From Candidatus Moranbacteria bacterium UBA1302 (GTDB taxonomy: Bacteria; Patescibacteriota; Minisyncoccia; Moranbacterales; UBA1568): a stretch of DNA of 52,449 bases. Within the stretch, counting starts at the first letter, position 1, and the number at the start of each line of letters is the position of its first letter. The notes under the pieces are model-generated. The model searched no databases, was not told where the DNA came from, and worked only from the letters and a program-made list of their open reading frames with translations. This document shows, piece after piece, positions 37,781 to 47,031 of this stretch. The position numbers and the translations under genes were made by a program. The stretch covers positions 1 to 52,449 of the forward strand of contig DBUA01000035.1 in assembly GCA_002307715.1 (NCBI GenBank), given 5' to 3'.

Positions 37781-38164
37781 ATGGGGACTTTCTCACTTTC
37801 ATCTCCGATTGGTACGCTTGGTGAGCGCATCGGTTGCCAGTATCTTCAACAAAAAGGCTATCGTATATTAGAGCGCAATTATTGCAATGCTCACGGACGT
37901 AGGCTTGGAGAAATCGATATCGTAGCCGAAAAAGAGAAGAAACTTATTTTTGTTGAAGTAAAAACACGTATTGATCCAGGAACATCATTGCCTGAAGAAA
38001 ACGTGACACGCGAGAAGCTGCGGAAGCTTGAACGCGTAGCTGTCCATTATCTTCGGGAAAAACATTCTGAAAATCGTCCGTATGCTTTTGATGTGCTCGC
38101 CATAACGTATGACAAGAAAACAAAAACAGCTCACGTGAGGCATCTAGAAAGCGTTTTTTTATGA
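37781..38164 (+). CDS. yraN: YraN-family (UPF0102) endonuclease
   Basis: GERIGCQYLQQKGYRILERNY...GEIDIVAEKEKKLIFVEVKTR. Confidence 0.88.
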   Translation: MGTFSLSSPIGTLGERIGCQYLQQKGYRILERNYCNAHGRRLGEIDIVAEKEKKLIFVEVKTRIDPGTSLPEENVTREKLRKLERVAVHYLREKHSENRPYAFDVLAITYDKKTKTAHVRHLESVFL

Positions 38165-38234
38165 AATCGCCATCGACAAGAGGTATATTTTTTGCTATAA
38201 TAAAGAAAGTAATAGTTGTTGATGATACAAAACT

Positions 38235-38579
38235 ATGGCGCTTGATCAGGCAGTGATTGCGGAATTGAAGGAAAAGCTTTTAATTGAAAAGAAACGTTTG
38301 GAAAGCGAACTTTCCGGTTTCGCAGATTCTACGGAGGTCCCGGGCGATTATAAGACTGCTTTTGACAATATCGGTACGGATGAAGACGAGAATGCGACTG
38401 AAGTTGAAGAATATGTCGATAATCTCGCGCTCGAAAGCAATCTTGAAGGTCAGCTTCGCGATGTGGATGATGCGCTTGCCAAGATAGAACAGAACACTTA
38501 CGGTATTTGTGAAAAGACTGGACAGGAAATTAGTATAGAAAGACTTAAGGCATATCCAGCGGCGCGTACCGTGGTTTGA
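38235..38579 (+). CDS. DksA/TraR-family protein lacking the four-Cys zinc finger
   Basis: It has a coiled-coil N-terminus and the C-terminal YGICEKTGQEISIERLKAYPAA. Only one Cys is present where CxxC-x17-CxxC is usual. Confidence 0.7.
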   Translation: MALDQAVIAELKEKLLIEKKRLESELSGFADSTEVPGDYKTAFDNIGTDEDENATEVEEYVDNLALESNLEGQLRDVDDALAKIEQNTYGICEKTGQEISIERLKAYPAARTVV

Positions 38580-39019
38580 TTGGTGTCCGTGTGACTATGA
38601 TAAGGCTGCAGAAAGCGGTGCATGGCGCGTTTTCGGTAGCCTTTTTCTTTTTTTTGTGTCAAGCAGCCCGTGTGTTGGTGGAAATATTTATTCCTTCTTC
38701 TGTCGTTTGTAATGGAAGTGCGGCATTTGGGGTTCATGTTCCCTCAGAAATAGGAGTGATAATCGGCATAGCCAGTACCATCTTTTTTATCGCAGGCTGG
38801 ATTTTCATGGGCAACGAACCGAGATGGGAATGGCCTTGGATCTTTCTGATAGCTGCCGGTTTTTCCAATCTTGCTGAAAGGCTTTTTTTCGGTTGCGTGG
38901 TAGACTATATACATATATCAGCTTTCCCTGTTTTCAATGTGGCGGATGTATTGTTGACGGTTGGAACAGTATCATTGTTTCTTTTCTTTCCGCGCTTTTC
39001 GGAGAACGATAAGATGTAA
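38576..39019 (+). CDS. lspA: Lipoprotein signal peptidase (SPase II), short form
   Basis: GFSNLAERLFFGCVVDYI...FPVFNVADVLLTVG. The start is uncertain (TTG at 38576 or ATG at 38597). The first catalytic-Asp position reads Glu. Confidence 0.8.
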   Translation: MIGVRVTMIRLQKAVHGAFSVAFFFFLCQAARVLVEIFIPSSVVCNGSAAFGVHVPSEIGVIIGIASTIFFIAGWIFMGNEPRWEWPWIFLIAAGFSNLAERLFFGCVVDYIHISAFPVFNVADVLLTVGTVSLFLFFPRFSENDKM

Positions 39020-39023
39020 CTGT

Positions 39024-40544
39024 ATGTCTTCAAAAGTATATTCAGCGGCCACTATCGGCCTTGAAAGCGTTCCTGTCGAAGTTGAAGTTGATGTGTTGCC
39101 TCAAGGACTACATCATTTTACTTTGGTAGGACTTCCCGATACAGCTATCAAGGAATCACGTGATCGTGTGAGTGCAGCGATTAAGAATAGTGGATTTAAA
39201 CCTCCGCATCAGCATGGACGCATCACTGTTAATTTGGCACCGGCGGATCTCCCAAAAAATACTCCGATTTATGATCTTCCGATGGCGCTTGGTTTTTTGT
39301 TGGCTACCAAACAACTTTCATTTGATCATAGGAAAAAACTCTTCGTGGGGGAGCTTGCTCTTGATGGTTCGGTGAGGCGTGTCCAGGGAGCATTGCCGAT
39401 CGCTCTATTCGCTCAGGAACAAGGTTTTGATGAAGTGTATGTTCCGACGGAGAATGCTGATGAGGCAGCATTGGTCGATGGTATAAGAGTTATGCCGGTT
39501 AGGCATCTGTTGGATGTCGCTCGGCATTTGAGAGGTGAGTCAGTAATGGAGCCGTTCACTCGAAAGGCCGAGATATTTGAACCCACATCGGATCAATCGA
39601 CGTTGGATATGTCGTATGTGCGCGGTCAAGAACATGCCAAAAGAGCCCTGGAAATAGCGGCTGCCGGAGGGCATAATGTGTTATTTATCGGGCCGCCAGG
39701 AAGCGGGAAAACATTGCTGGCCCAGACATTGCCGACCATTTTGCCACGTCTCGATTTTGAGGAGAGTCTTGAAGTGACGAAGATATTTTCAGTAGCGGGA
39801 AGATTATCTCGTAAAGATGCGCTTGTAAAGGAGCGGCCGTTTCGAGCGCCGCATCATACGGCGAGCGCTGTGGCGTTAATCGGTGGCGGAGCTTTCCCGA
39901 AACCGGGAGAGATCAGTTTGGCACATAGGGGCGTATTATTTCTTGACGAGTTCGCCGAGTTTTCTCGTGCTGTGCTTGAAAATCTCCGACAACCATTGGA
40001 AGATGGTTGTGTCACGGTTTCTCGAGCCAAAGGGTCGTTGCATTTTCCATCGCGATTTATGTTGGTTGCCGCAATGAATCCTTGCCCGTGCGGATATGCG
40101 GGCGATCCGGAACATATGTGTTCGTGTTCGCCGCATCAAGCGGCTAAATATCGCCAGAAAATATCAGGACCGATCATGGATCGTATCGATCTTCACGTCG
40201 AAGTGCCTCGGCTGAAAATTGAAAAGCTTGATGAATCAACATCGGATGCTGAACCGAGCACAGCCATTCGAGAACGTGTTGAGAAAGCGCGAGCAATGCA
40301 GAAAGTCCGTTTTGCGGAACCAAAAACTAATGCTGAGATGTCATCGCAGATGGTGAAGAAACATTGCACGTTGGATGATGCTTCGAAAGAGCTTGTGCGT
40401 GCGGCTGTTTCAAAACTCCAGCTTTCTGCACGTGGCTACATGCGGGTTCTCAAGGTGGCGAGGACAATCGCTGACCTCGTGGAAGCGGAACATATCGCGC
40501 CGTCGCATATCGCTGAAGCGCTCCAGTATCGGTTCAAGGATTGA
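39024..40544 (+). CDS. comM: Mg-chelatase-like ATPase YifB/ComM
   Basis: It starts MSSKVYSAATIGLESVPVEVEVDV and carries Walker A GPPGSGKT and RGVLFLDEF. The start is moved to the ATG at 39024. Confidence 0.92.
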   Translation: MSSKVYSAATIGLESVPVEVEVDVLPQGLHHFTLVGLPDTAIKESRDRVSAAIKNSGFKPPHQHGRITVNLAPADLPKNTPIYDLPMALGFLLATKQLSFDHRKKLFVGELALDGSVRRVQGALPIALFAQEQGFDEVYVPTENADEAALVDGIRVMPVRHLLDVARHLRGESVMEPFTRKAEIFEPTSDQSTLDMSYVRGQEHAKRALEIAAAGGHNVLFIGPPGSGKTLLAQTLPTILPRLDFEESLEVTKIFSVAGRLSRKDALVKERPFRAPHHTASAVALIGGGAFPKPGEISLAHRGVLFLDEFAEFSRAVLENLRQPLEDGCVTVSRAKGSLHFPSRFMLVAAMNPCPCGYAGDPEHMCSCSPHQAAKYRQKISGPIMDRIDLHVEVPRLKIEKLDESTSDAEPSTAIRERVEKARAMQKVRFAEPKTNAEMSSQMVKKHCTLDDASKELVRAAVSKLQLSARGYMRVLKVARTIADLVEAEHIAPSHIAEALQYRFKD

Positions 40545-40575
40545 TGATAAGGAAGATAAAGCAGAATCGGTACGT

Positions 40576-41550
40576 ATGATTCAGGCATGTTTATTACGAC
40601 GCATGTTTACGAAAAAGATATGCTGGTTGGCTGTATCAGTCGGGCTTGTTTTGTTCGTGTATGCGTATTATGAGTATAAGTATCAGCCATCAGCATGGGA
40701 ACTTGCGAGTGCTTATAAAAGCATAGTCATTATCGATGATGGCATAGAATGGCATGATACGACAGACGCGGAGACCGTAGGGGATTTTTTGAATCGAGCA
40801 GGCCTTATTTTGGGAGAAGAAGACAGAGTTGCTCCGGGCTATGATGAGAAGCTGTTGGTCGGAACAGATATAATTATTCATCGCGCAAAGACGGTATCAA
40901 TCGCTTCTGATGGCGGGACGAGGGAATGGCAGACGCTTTCCGGCACCGTTGAGGAAGCGCTTACGGATGCAGGAATCGCGCTTGACGAGGATGATATCGT
41001 GAAGCCGGAACGGGAGGAAGCGGTGCATGACGGTATGAAGATTTCGGTCATTCGTGTCGAAATCCGCGAGGAATCCGTTGAGAAGGCGGTTGCTTTCGAT
41101 AAGACGGCAAATGAGGATGATACGCTTTCGTGGAGGAAGACGATTGTGACCCAGAAAGGCGAGAATGGCATCGATCGGTTGACGTATCGTGTCAGTTCTC
41201 ATGATGGGAAAGAGGTGAGCAGAAAACTTATTCAAACTGAGCGGATAAAGGATCCTGTAACAGAGATTACGACGCAGGGAACGTATGTGAAAGTCGGGAA
41301 AAGCCACAGCGGAGGCGCTTCGTGGTATGCTTATACGGGAACGATGTCAGCTGCTAACCCATGGTTGCCATTGGGAAGCTATGTGAAAGTGACGAATACA
41401 GCAAATGGCAAAAGCGTCATCGTGAAGATCAATGATCGAGGCCCGTTTGTCGGTGGGCGCATCGTTGATCTTGATAAGGTAGCATTTCAGAAAATCGCCT
41501 CGCTTGGCGCCGGTGTCATTAATGTGAAGATGGAAGAAATAGAGAATTAA
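40576..41550 (+). CDS. Membrane-anchored G5-domain + RlpA-like DPBB cell-wall protein (YabE/Rpf-type architecture)
   Basis: It has a TM anchor and a G5-like block (TLSWRKTIVTQKGENGIDRLTYRV). The C-terminal GGASWYAY...GSYVKVTNTANGKSVIVKINDRGPF is a double-psi beta-barrel. Confidence 0.8.
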   Translation: MIQACLLRRMFTKKICWLAVSVGLVLFVYAYYEYKYQPSAWELASAYKSIVIIDDGIEWHDTTDAETVGDFLNRAGLILGEEDRVAPGYDEKLLVGTDIIIHRAKTVSIASDGGTREWQTLSGTVEEALTDAGIALDEDDIVKPEREEAVHDGMKISVIRVEIREESVEKAVAFDKTANEDDTLSWRKTIVTQKGENGIDRLTYRVSSHDGKEVSRKLIQTERIKDPVTEITTQGTYVKVGKSHSGGASWYAYTGTMSAANPWLPLGSYVKVTNTANGKSVIVKINDRGPFVGGRIVDLDKVAFQKIASLGAGVINVKMEEIEN

Positions 41551-41555
41551 CGCTT

Positions 41556-42359
41556 ATGGAGAAAGTAAGAGCCAAAAAATCTCTGGGACAGAATTTCCTC
41601 AATGATTTTGAAATCATCGGACGCATATTTGAGGCGGCGGAAATCCAGCAATCTGATTATGTGCTCGAGATAGGGCCAGGGACGGGTGCGTTGACATTCC
41701 GGCTTTCTGATCGCGTGGAAAAACTTGTCGCAATCGAGCTCGATCATCAGTTAGTGGAACGATTGCAGCAGCATTTTGTGGATTCGCAGAATGTTTCTAT
41801 TCTTGAAGGAAATATCTTGGATGTCCATCTTGAGGAGCTTCTGCATGCGATCGGATATGCAGAACATCCGTATAAGATCGTTGCGAATATCCCGTATTAC
41901 ATTACGGCGCCAATCATTCGGACGCTTTTGGCTCTCAAGCATCAGCCAGTGTCGATGACGCTCATGGTACAGAATGAAGTCGCTGATCGTCTTGCGGCAC
42001 AGCCAGGAAGCATGAGTCTGCTTTCGGTGATGGCTCAGTTTTATGCGGAGGTGGAGAAAAAATTCGTCGTACCGAAAGAGGCATTTGATCCGGTTCCGAA
42101 AGTAGAGAGCGCCATTATCCATATCATTCCGAAACGTTCGTACGATAAAGATAAGGATAGACGGGTGTTTCGTCTAGTGCGAGCAGGCTTCTCGGCGAGA
42201 CGGAAGACGCTGGTAAATAATCTTTCATCGAGCCTTATGATTTCACGCGACGATGCGACGCGTCTTATGGAAAGTATCGGTCTTCGAAAAGATATTCGCG
42301 CCCAAGCGCTTGCTGTGGATGATTGGGAAAGGCTCGCAGCGATATGGCCTGAAGCGTGA
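41556..42359 (+). CDS. rsmA: 16S rRNA (adenine1518/1519-N6)-dimethyltransferase
   Basis: KSLGQNFL, EIGPGTGALT and NIPYYITAPI. Confidence 0.95.
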   Translation: MEKVRAKKSLGQNFLNDFEIIGRIFEAAEIQQSDYVLEIGPGTGALTFRLSDRVEKLVAIELDHQLVERLQQHFVDSQNVSILEGNILDVHLEELLHAIGYAEHPYKIVANIPYYITAPIIRTLLALKHQPVSMTLMVQNEVADRLAAQPGSMSLLSVMAQFYAEVEKKFVVPKEAFDPVPKVESAIIHIIPKRSYDKDKDRRVFRLVRAGFSARRKTLVNNLSSSLMISRDDATRLMESIGLRKDIRAQALAVDDWERLAAIWPEA

Positions 42360-42399
42360 TTTCTCAGAAGCGGTCTCACCGGATGGAGGGGCCGCTTTT

Positions 42400-44085
42400 T
42401 TAGAATAAGATAGCGAGTATCATGAAGCCGTAGAGTATGGTGATGCCAAGGATGACTCCGGGCAGTTTTCGGAAGGAAACGAAGGAAGCATTCGTGTCGG
42501 TACCGCGTTGCATCGCCCAAAAAGCGAGACTGCCGGAAAATATTGCCGGAAGAAATAGCCGGTCATCACGGAGAATAAAGGGACTTGAAACGAAGAGGAT
42601 GAACATGAGGCTTCCGAGGATGAGTGCGGCATTCTGCGTACCAAGGATAACAGGCAGCGTATACACTCCATCTGCTCGGTCTCCCTCGACATCCTTGAAG
42701 TCTTTGATAGGAAGGCAGAGCGTGTAGGCGGCCAAGAGGAAAAGACTTATTGGAAGAGGAAGCGAATGGAGATTCTGATCTGGTGCGATGATCAGATATC
42801 CCGAGCAGAAGACGAGCATACCGGCAGCAGCAGCGATGAGCGTTGCGATGATCGGGAAACGCTTGAGGCGAAGCGGTTCAGCGGAATAGATCCATGCCAG
42901 TGATTGATAACATAGGATGAGCAAGAGCGCTTGGAAGCTCATGATGCCGGCGAAGAGCAGTGAAGCGGCGAAAAAGAAAATGCCGAAAGCCCGGTATGTT
43001 TCTGGTGGAATGGCCTGACGGATAAGCGGACGGTCGGGATTGGTCTTTTGATCGATCCGTATGTCGTAGAGGTCATTCATGATGACTGAAGCGAGCCAAG
43101 CGCTTTCGACAGCGGCTAATATGACAAATGCGCCTGCAAAATGGAACAGATCGAGGCGGATGAACGTATCGGAAAAGAAGAATGCTAATGCCATGCCGAT
43201 AGCTAAGAGGCCGCCGTGCCAAACTAGCTGGGGAAATCGAGCATTTTTCCAGAGAGCGATAAAATATTTTGGCGTGTTTTTCCAAAGCGTAGCGCCGATG
43301 AGCGCCATGGATAATATTGCGTAGACAATGCTCATTTTTACGTTTAAGACGCTTCGGAAATCAGTAATATCGTGTGAGAATATGCGTTCAGGCGAAAGAA
43401 AGAGCGCGGCAACATCGGTAGCGTTGATAGCAAAGAATCCTTTTTGAAAACTGAGGACAGCCAGTGTTATCCATGATGGGAAAGTGCCGAGTATGAAGAG
43501 TATGGAATAGGTGCCGAGCGCTGAAAGCAGCGCTTTTTTCCAATCTGATTTAGCGTAGGCATAAAGACCCATCAGAAGCGTGACAAGTACGGTTTCGACA
43601 CGTACGCCATACGTAATACCGATTTCTGGCGTATCACCGAAGAGTGTGAAGAAACGGATGATAAGGCCGCGGAATCCATCGAATTCATAGAAGCTCCAAA
43701 AATTCGTTCCATGGAAGATGATGGTATCGATGATGGGAGGTGTGAGAATGATGAGAAATCCACAGAGAAGGATATTAGCAGCTTTCCCGATGGTTGTGGC
43801 ACCAGCAAAACGTACTAGTGGAAGTATGAGCAGAAAAGCGCAGAGAAAGAAGAGAAATGTGTGTGAAAATTCAAAGAAGAGAAATGAAAAAGGATGTGTC
43901 TTGAAGAGTCCGAGGGCGTTTTCGACGGTGAGGCGGGCGATGATGAGAGCTGTGAATGACGCGATGAATGCGGGCAATGTGAGAGAGGTGTTTTCAATAG
44001 CAGCGATGAATCGATTGAAGCGCATAGTGCTTTCCATTAGGAATACTGTATTGATATGGTAGCACTTGCTGGCTGAAGGGCACAA
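42400..44085 (-). CDS. UbiA-family prenyltransferase fused to a ~300-aa polytopic N-terminal membrane domain
   Basis: The C-terminal half carries NDLYDIRIDQKTNPDRPL (NDxxDxxxD) and KDFKDVEGDRADG (second Asp-rich motif). The N-terminal half has about 8 TM segments and no motif I recognise. Confidence 0.8.
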   Translation of the reverse strand: MCPSASKCYHINTVFLMESTMRFNRFIAAIENTSLTLPAFIASFTALIIARLTVENALGLFKTHPFSFLFFEFSHTFLFFLCAFLLILPLVRFAGATTIGKAANILLCGFLIILTPPIIDTIIFHGTNFWSFYEFDGFRGLIIRFFTLFGDTPEIGITYGVRVETVLVTLLMGLYAYAKSDWKKALLSALGTYSILFILGTFPSWITLAVLSFQKGFFAINATDVAALFLSPERIFSHDITDFRSVLNVKMSIVYAILSMALIGATLWKNTPKYFIALWKNARFPQLVWHGGLLAIGMALAFFFSDTFIRLDLFHFAGAFVILAAVESAWLASVIMNDLYDIRIDQKTNPDRPLIRQAIPPETYRAFGIFFFAASLLFAGIMSFQALLLILCYQSLAWIYSAEPLRLKRFPIIATLIAAAAGMLVFCSGYLIIAPDQNLHSLPLPISLFLLAAYTLCLPIKDFKDVEGDRADGVYTLPVILGTQNAALILGSLMFILFVSSPFILRDDRLFLPAIFSGSLAFWAMQRGTDTNASFVSFRKLPGVILGITILYGFMILAILF

Positions 44086-44158
44086 CGTCCGATAGAGCGC
44101 TGCGGCGTAATATGGTAAAATACGTTGGTTCTGCGCTTATCCATTATCTTTTTGAATC

Positions 44159-46402
44159 ATGAAATTCTGGGAACGAGGTTTGAATCCTGAACAGCGTCGA
44201 GCCGTCCTTCAAACGGAAGGTCCAGTGCTTATCTTAGCCGGCGCAGGCTCCGGAAAAACTAAGACGCTGACGCATCGCATCGCCTATCTTCTGGATGAGA
44301 AGAAAGTGCCTCCAACGCATATTCTAGCCGTGACATTTACGAACAAGGCAGCGCAAGAAATGCGTGAGCGCATCGAGACGCTTCTTTCCAAAAGCGCAGC
44401 CGCTGAATATGGATTTGTGGCTATTCCTCAATACATCGGAACATTTCATAATATCTGTTGTCGTATTCTTCGGCGAGAAATCGAAACGCTTGGATACAGT
44501 AAGAATTTCAATATAGTCGATAGTTCCGACCAGGAAGCGCTCGTCAAGAAAGCGATGCGTGAGCTCGAGATCGATCCAGACCAGGTGAAGCCGCGCGCTG
44601 TCCTTGATGCTATCTCGCGTGCTAAGAATGCTTTCAAGAGCGAGGAGCAGTTCATGCTCGAGGCCGGTAGCTATTTCGAAGAGATTATCGCCCGGGTTTA
44701 CACGGCCTATCAGAAGGCGCTCCGTGCGGGGAACAGTCTCGATTTCGACGATCTCATTATGCTCACAGTCCGGCTTTTCCAGGAGCATCCAGAGGTACTT
44801 GCACGTTATCAGGATATTTTCCGTTATGTCATGGTCGACGAGTATCAGGACACCAATTATCCGCAGTATCTTTTGGTGACACTTCTCGCAGGCAAGCATA
44901 AGAACATCTTCGTTATCGGTGATGACTATCAGTCAATTTATGGTTGGCGTCAAGCGGATATCCGCAATATCCTCAATTTTGAGAAGGACTATCCGGAAGC
45001 AGCGGTCATTACGCTCGATCAGAATTATCGCTCGACGCAGATCATTCTTGATGCGGCGCATGGCGTTATCGAGCGCAACAAGAACCAGCGTCATAAGAAG
45101 CTTTGGACCGAAGGGAAGGGTGGTGACCTGATCGCACTCGTGCCGGCCGAAGACGAAGAGGCAGAAGCGCGTTTCGTGGCAGAGACGATTGCACGCGAGC
45201 AGAAAGAAGGAAAGAAGTTCAGCGACTTCGCTGTGCTCTATCGTACCAATGCACAGTCCCGCATGATCGAAGAAATGTTCCTTCGGCATTCGGTGGAGTA
45301 TCGTATCGTGGGCGGACTCAAGTTTTATCAGCGCAAGGAAGTGAAGGATATGGTTGCGTATGTGAGGCTCCTCGAGAATCCTCGCGACATGCTCGCGCTT
45401 GAGCGGGTCATCAATGAACCCAAGCGAGGTTTGGGCGATGCGACGCTCGCCCGCTGGACCAGTTTCGCCCGTACGAATGACCTTGATTTCTTCGAGGCTG
45501 CGTATCGGATGACACCAGAAACGAGCGATCTCCGTGAAGGCAAGATCAAGGCGATTCGCGAGTTCTCAGATGTTTTTATCAAGCTTCGCCTCGAGATGGG
45601 CGAGTATCCTGATCTCAAGCTACCGGAGCTGCTTGATAAGATCGGTCGCGCGAGCGGCTATGTCAGTAGTCTCAATGACGGTACAGCGGAAGGCGAGGCG
45701 CGAGAGGAGAACGTGCGCGAGCTCCTCACCGTTGCCAAGAAGCATGACGACTTGCCGCTTGCCGAAGCGCTCCACCTGTTTCTCGAAGAAGTGGCACTTT
45801 CTTCCGATACCGATGAGATCAGCCGCAATACTGATGCAGTCCATGTGATGACACTCCACAGCGCCAAGGGTCTCGAGTTTCCGACGGTCTTCATCCTCGG
45901 CCTTGAAGAAGGTATCTTCCCACATTCGCGCGCGCAGCTTTCGCAGGCAGAGCTTGAGGAAGAGCGCCGACTCATGTATGTAGGACTGACTCGTGCCAAG
46001 GAGCACGTGTATCTCCTTCATACCGAGAGCCGCACTATCTTCGGTTCGACTCAAATCAATCCACCATCGCGCTTCATCGCGGAGATTCCGGCCGATCTGA
46101 TTGAAGAGCGCGACCGCGTGAGCTCCGGTATGATGGGCAAGAAATATTTCCAGCGGTCATTCCAGCGCTATCCGTCTGCACCAAAAAAGAAGCTTGCTGC
46201 TCCGGTAGCAAAATCAGAAAGCGTCGCACCGGCAGGCGCGCCGCTTCAGCTTGGCGAGGTACGCCCAGGAGATATGGTGGAGCATCCGCAGTTCGGCTCG
46301 GGGCTCATCGTCTCGATCGCAGGCACGCTCGCGACCATCGCCTTCAAACGCGCAGGCGTGAAGAAGATGATGCTCGGCGTCGCTCCGCTTACGAAGGTAT
46401 AA
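44159..46402 (+). CDS. pcrA: UvrD/PcrA-family ATP-dependent DNA helicase
   Basis: AGAGSGKTKTLTHRIAYLL, VDEYQDTN, DQNYRST and the TLHSAKGLEFPTVF motifs. Confidence 0.95.
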   Translation: MKFWERGLNPEQRRAVLQTEGPVLILAGAGSGKTKTLTHRIAYLLDEKKVPPTHILAVTFTNKAAQEMRERIETLLSKSAAAEYGFVAIPQYIGTFHNICCRILRREIETLGYSKNFNIVDSSDQEALVKKAMRELEIDPDQVKPRAVLDAISRAKNAFKSEEQFMLEAGSYFEEIIARVYTAYQKALRAGNSLDFDDLIMLTVRLFQEHPEVLARYQDIFRYVMVDEYQDTNYPQYLLVTLLAGKHKNIFVIGDDYQSIYGWRQADIRNILNFEKDYPEAAVITLDQNYRSTQIILDAAHGVIERNKNQRHKKLWTEGKGGDLIALVPAEDEEAEARFVAETIAREQKEGKKFSDFAVLYRTNAQSRMIEEMFLRHSVEYRIVGGLKFYQRKEVKDMVAYVRLLENPRDMLALERVINEPKRGLGDATLARWTSFARTNDLDFFEAAYRMTPETSDLREGKIKAIREFSDVFIKLRLEMGEYPDLKLPELLDKIGRASGYVSSLNDGTAEGEAREENVRELLTVAKKHDDLPLAEALHLFLEEVALSSDTDEISRNTDAVHVMTLHSAKGLEFPTVFILGLEEGIFPHSRAQLSQAELEEERRLMYVGLTRAKEHVYLLHTESRTIFGSTQINPPSRFIAEIPADLIEERDRVSSGMMGKKYFQRSFQRYPSAPKKKLAAPVAKSESVAPAGAPLQLGEVRPGDMVEHPQFGSGLIVSIAGTLATIAFKRAGVKKMMLGVAPLTKV

Positions 46403-46423
46403 AATCAGAGAAGCAAAGAAAAA

Positions 46424-46453
46424 ACGGGCGATAGAAGATTCTCTATCGCCCGT
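46424..46453. terminator. 12-bp GC-rich hairpin between pcrA and the NadV remnant
   Basis: acgggcgataga/tctatcgcccgt. The T-run is better on the minus strand. Confidence 0.5.
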
Positions 46454-46466
46454 TGTGCTTGCCGGC

Positions 46467-46862
46467 TCATGCCTTTGCGGCACGGGCACTGATGTCAGCG
46501 AAGGACTGTTCGCGGACGAGCTCGCCGTTCTCGAAGACAGTCTCGAGCAGGTCTTCGCCCGGAGCGCTTTCGCGGACCGTGGCGAACCCCGAGGCGTCGC
46601 GGATGAGTTTCATCCGTCCGGCCTTGGAGCGCTTGCCCGGGTCGGTGACCGGATCCTTCATGGCATCCTGCCAGCCGCTCTCGTCTTCGGTTGCAGAGCA
46701 CTTGAAGGCGAACTTGCAGGTATCGCGATCTACCTTCTGGAGTAGCCTGCCGCCGGAGCCGAAGGCAATGTTGTCAGCCGCCCAGCCAAGCTCTATGCCT
46801 TCTCCGACCGCAAACTGAAAATCATCGACGTGCTGTGATATGAGGAATAAAAAAAGAGGCGG
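46467..46862 (-). pseudogene. C-terminal fragment of nicotinamide phosphoribosyltransferase (NadV/NAMPT), 5'-truncated
   Basis: My hand translation of the minus frame is open from 46862. It reads ...GIELGWAADNIAFGSGGRLLQKVDRDTCKFAFKCSATEDESGWQDAMKDPVTDPGKRSKAGRMKL...ETVFENGELV...*. This aligns by eye with the NAMPT block NIAFGSGGGLLQK...FKCS...KDPVADPNKRSKKGR. It has no N-terminal two-thirds and no start. The segment is visibly G+C-rich. Confidence 0.75.
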
Positions 46863-46869
46863 TCATCCG

Positions 46870-46926
46870 GTCACTTCTTTTTTCTTTTTCTATGAAAGCT
46901 TTTAAGGATTTCTTTGAGGTGTTTGT
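46870..46926 (-). pseudogene. Orphan degenerate copy of the recombinase gene 3' end (repeat copy A)
   Basis: By hand alignment 51 of 57 nt match 48908-48964, and the first 21 nt are identical. It translates to ..THKHLKEILKSFHRKRKKK* against ..TNERLKEIHKNFHGKRKKK* in the intact gene. Confidence 0.75.
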
Positions 46927-47031
46927 GTGTGAAAAGATGATGTTTGGTGTTGTACTGTTGAGGTAATCCCGCTTTTTATAGAGGGTTTTTTTGTGATATT
47001 ATAAACATTATAAGGCTTGACATATATAGTT

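Noticed and set aside
38961-39023. Upstream extensions of comM (38961) and of the G5-DPBB gene (40375-40575)
   Set aside because: Both extensions overlap the preceding gene. The conserved N-termini begin at the internal ATGs 39024 and 40576.
46453-46818. 121-aa and 96-aa plus-strand ORFs and a 68-aa minus-strand ORF in the G+C-rich segment
   Set aside because: High G+C suppresses stop codons in all frames. Only the minus frame that reads as NAMPT has recognisable protein sequence.
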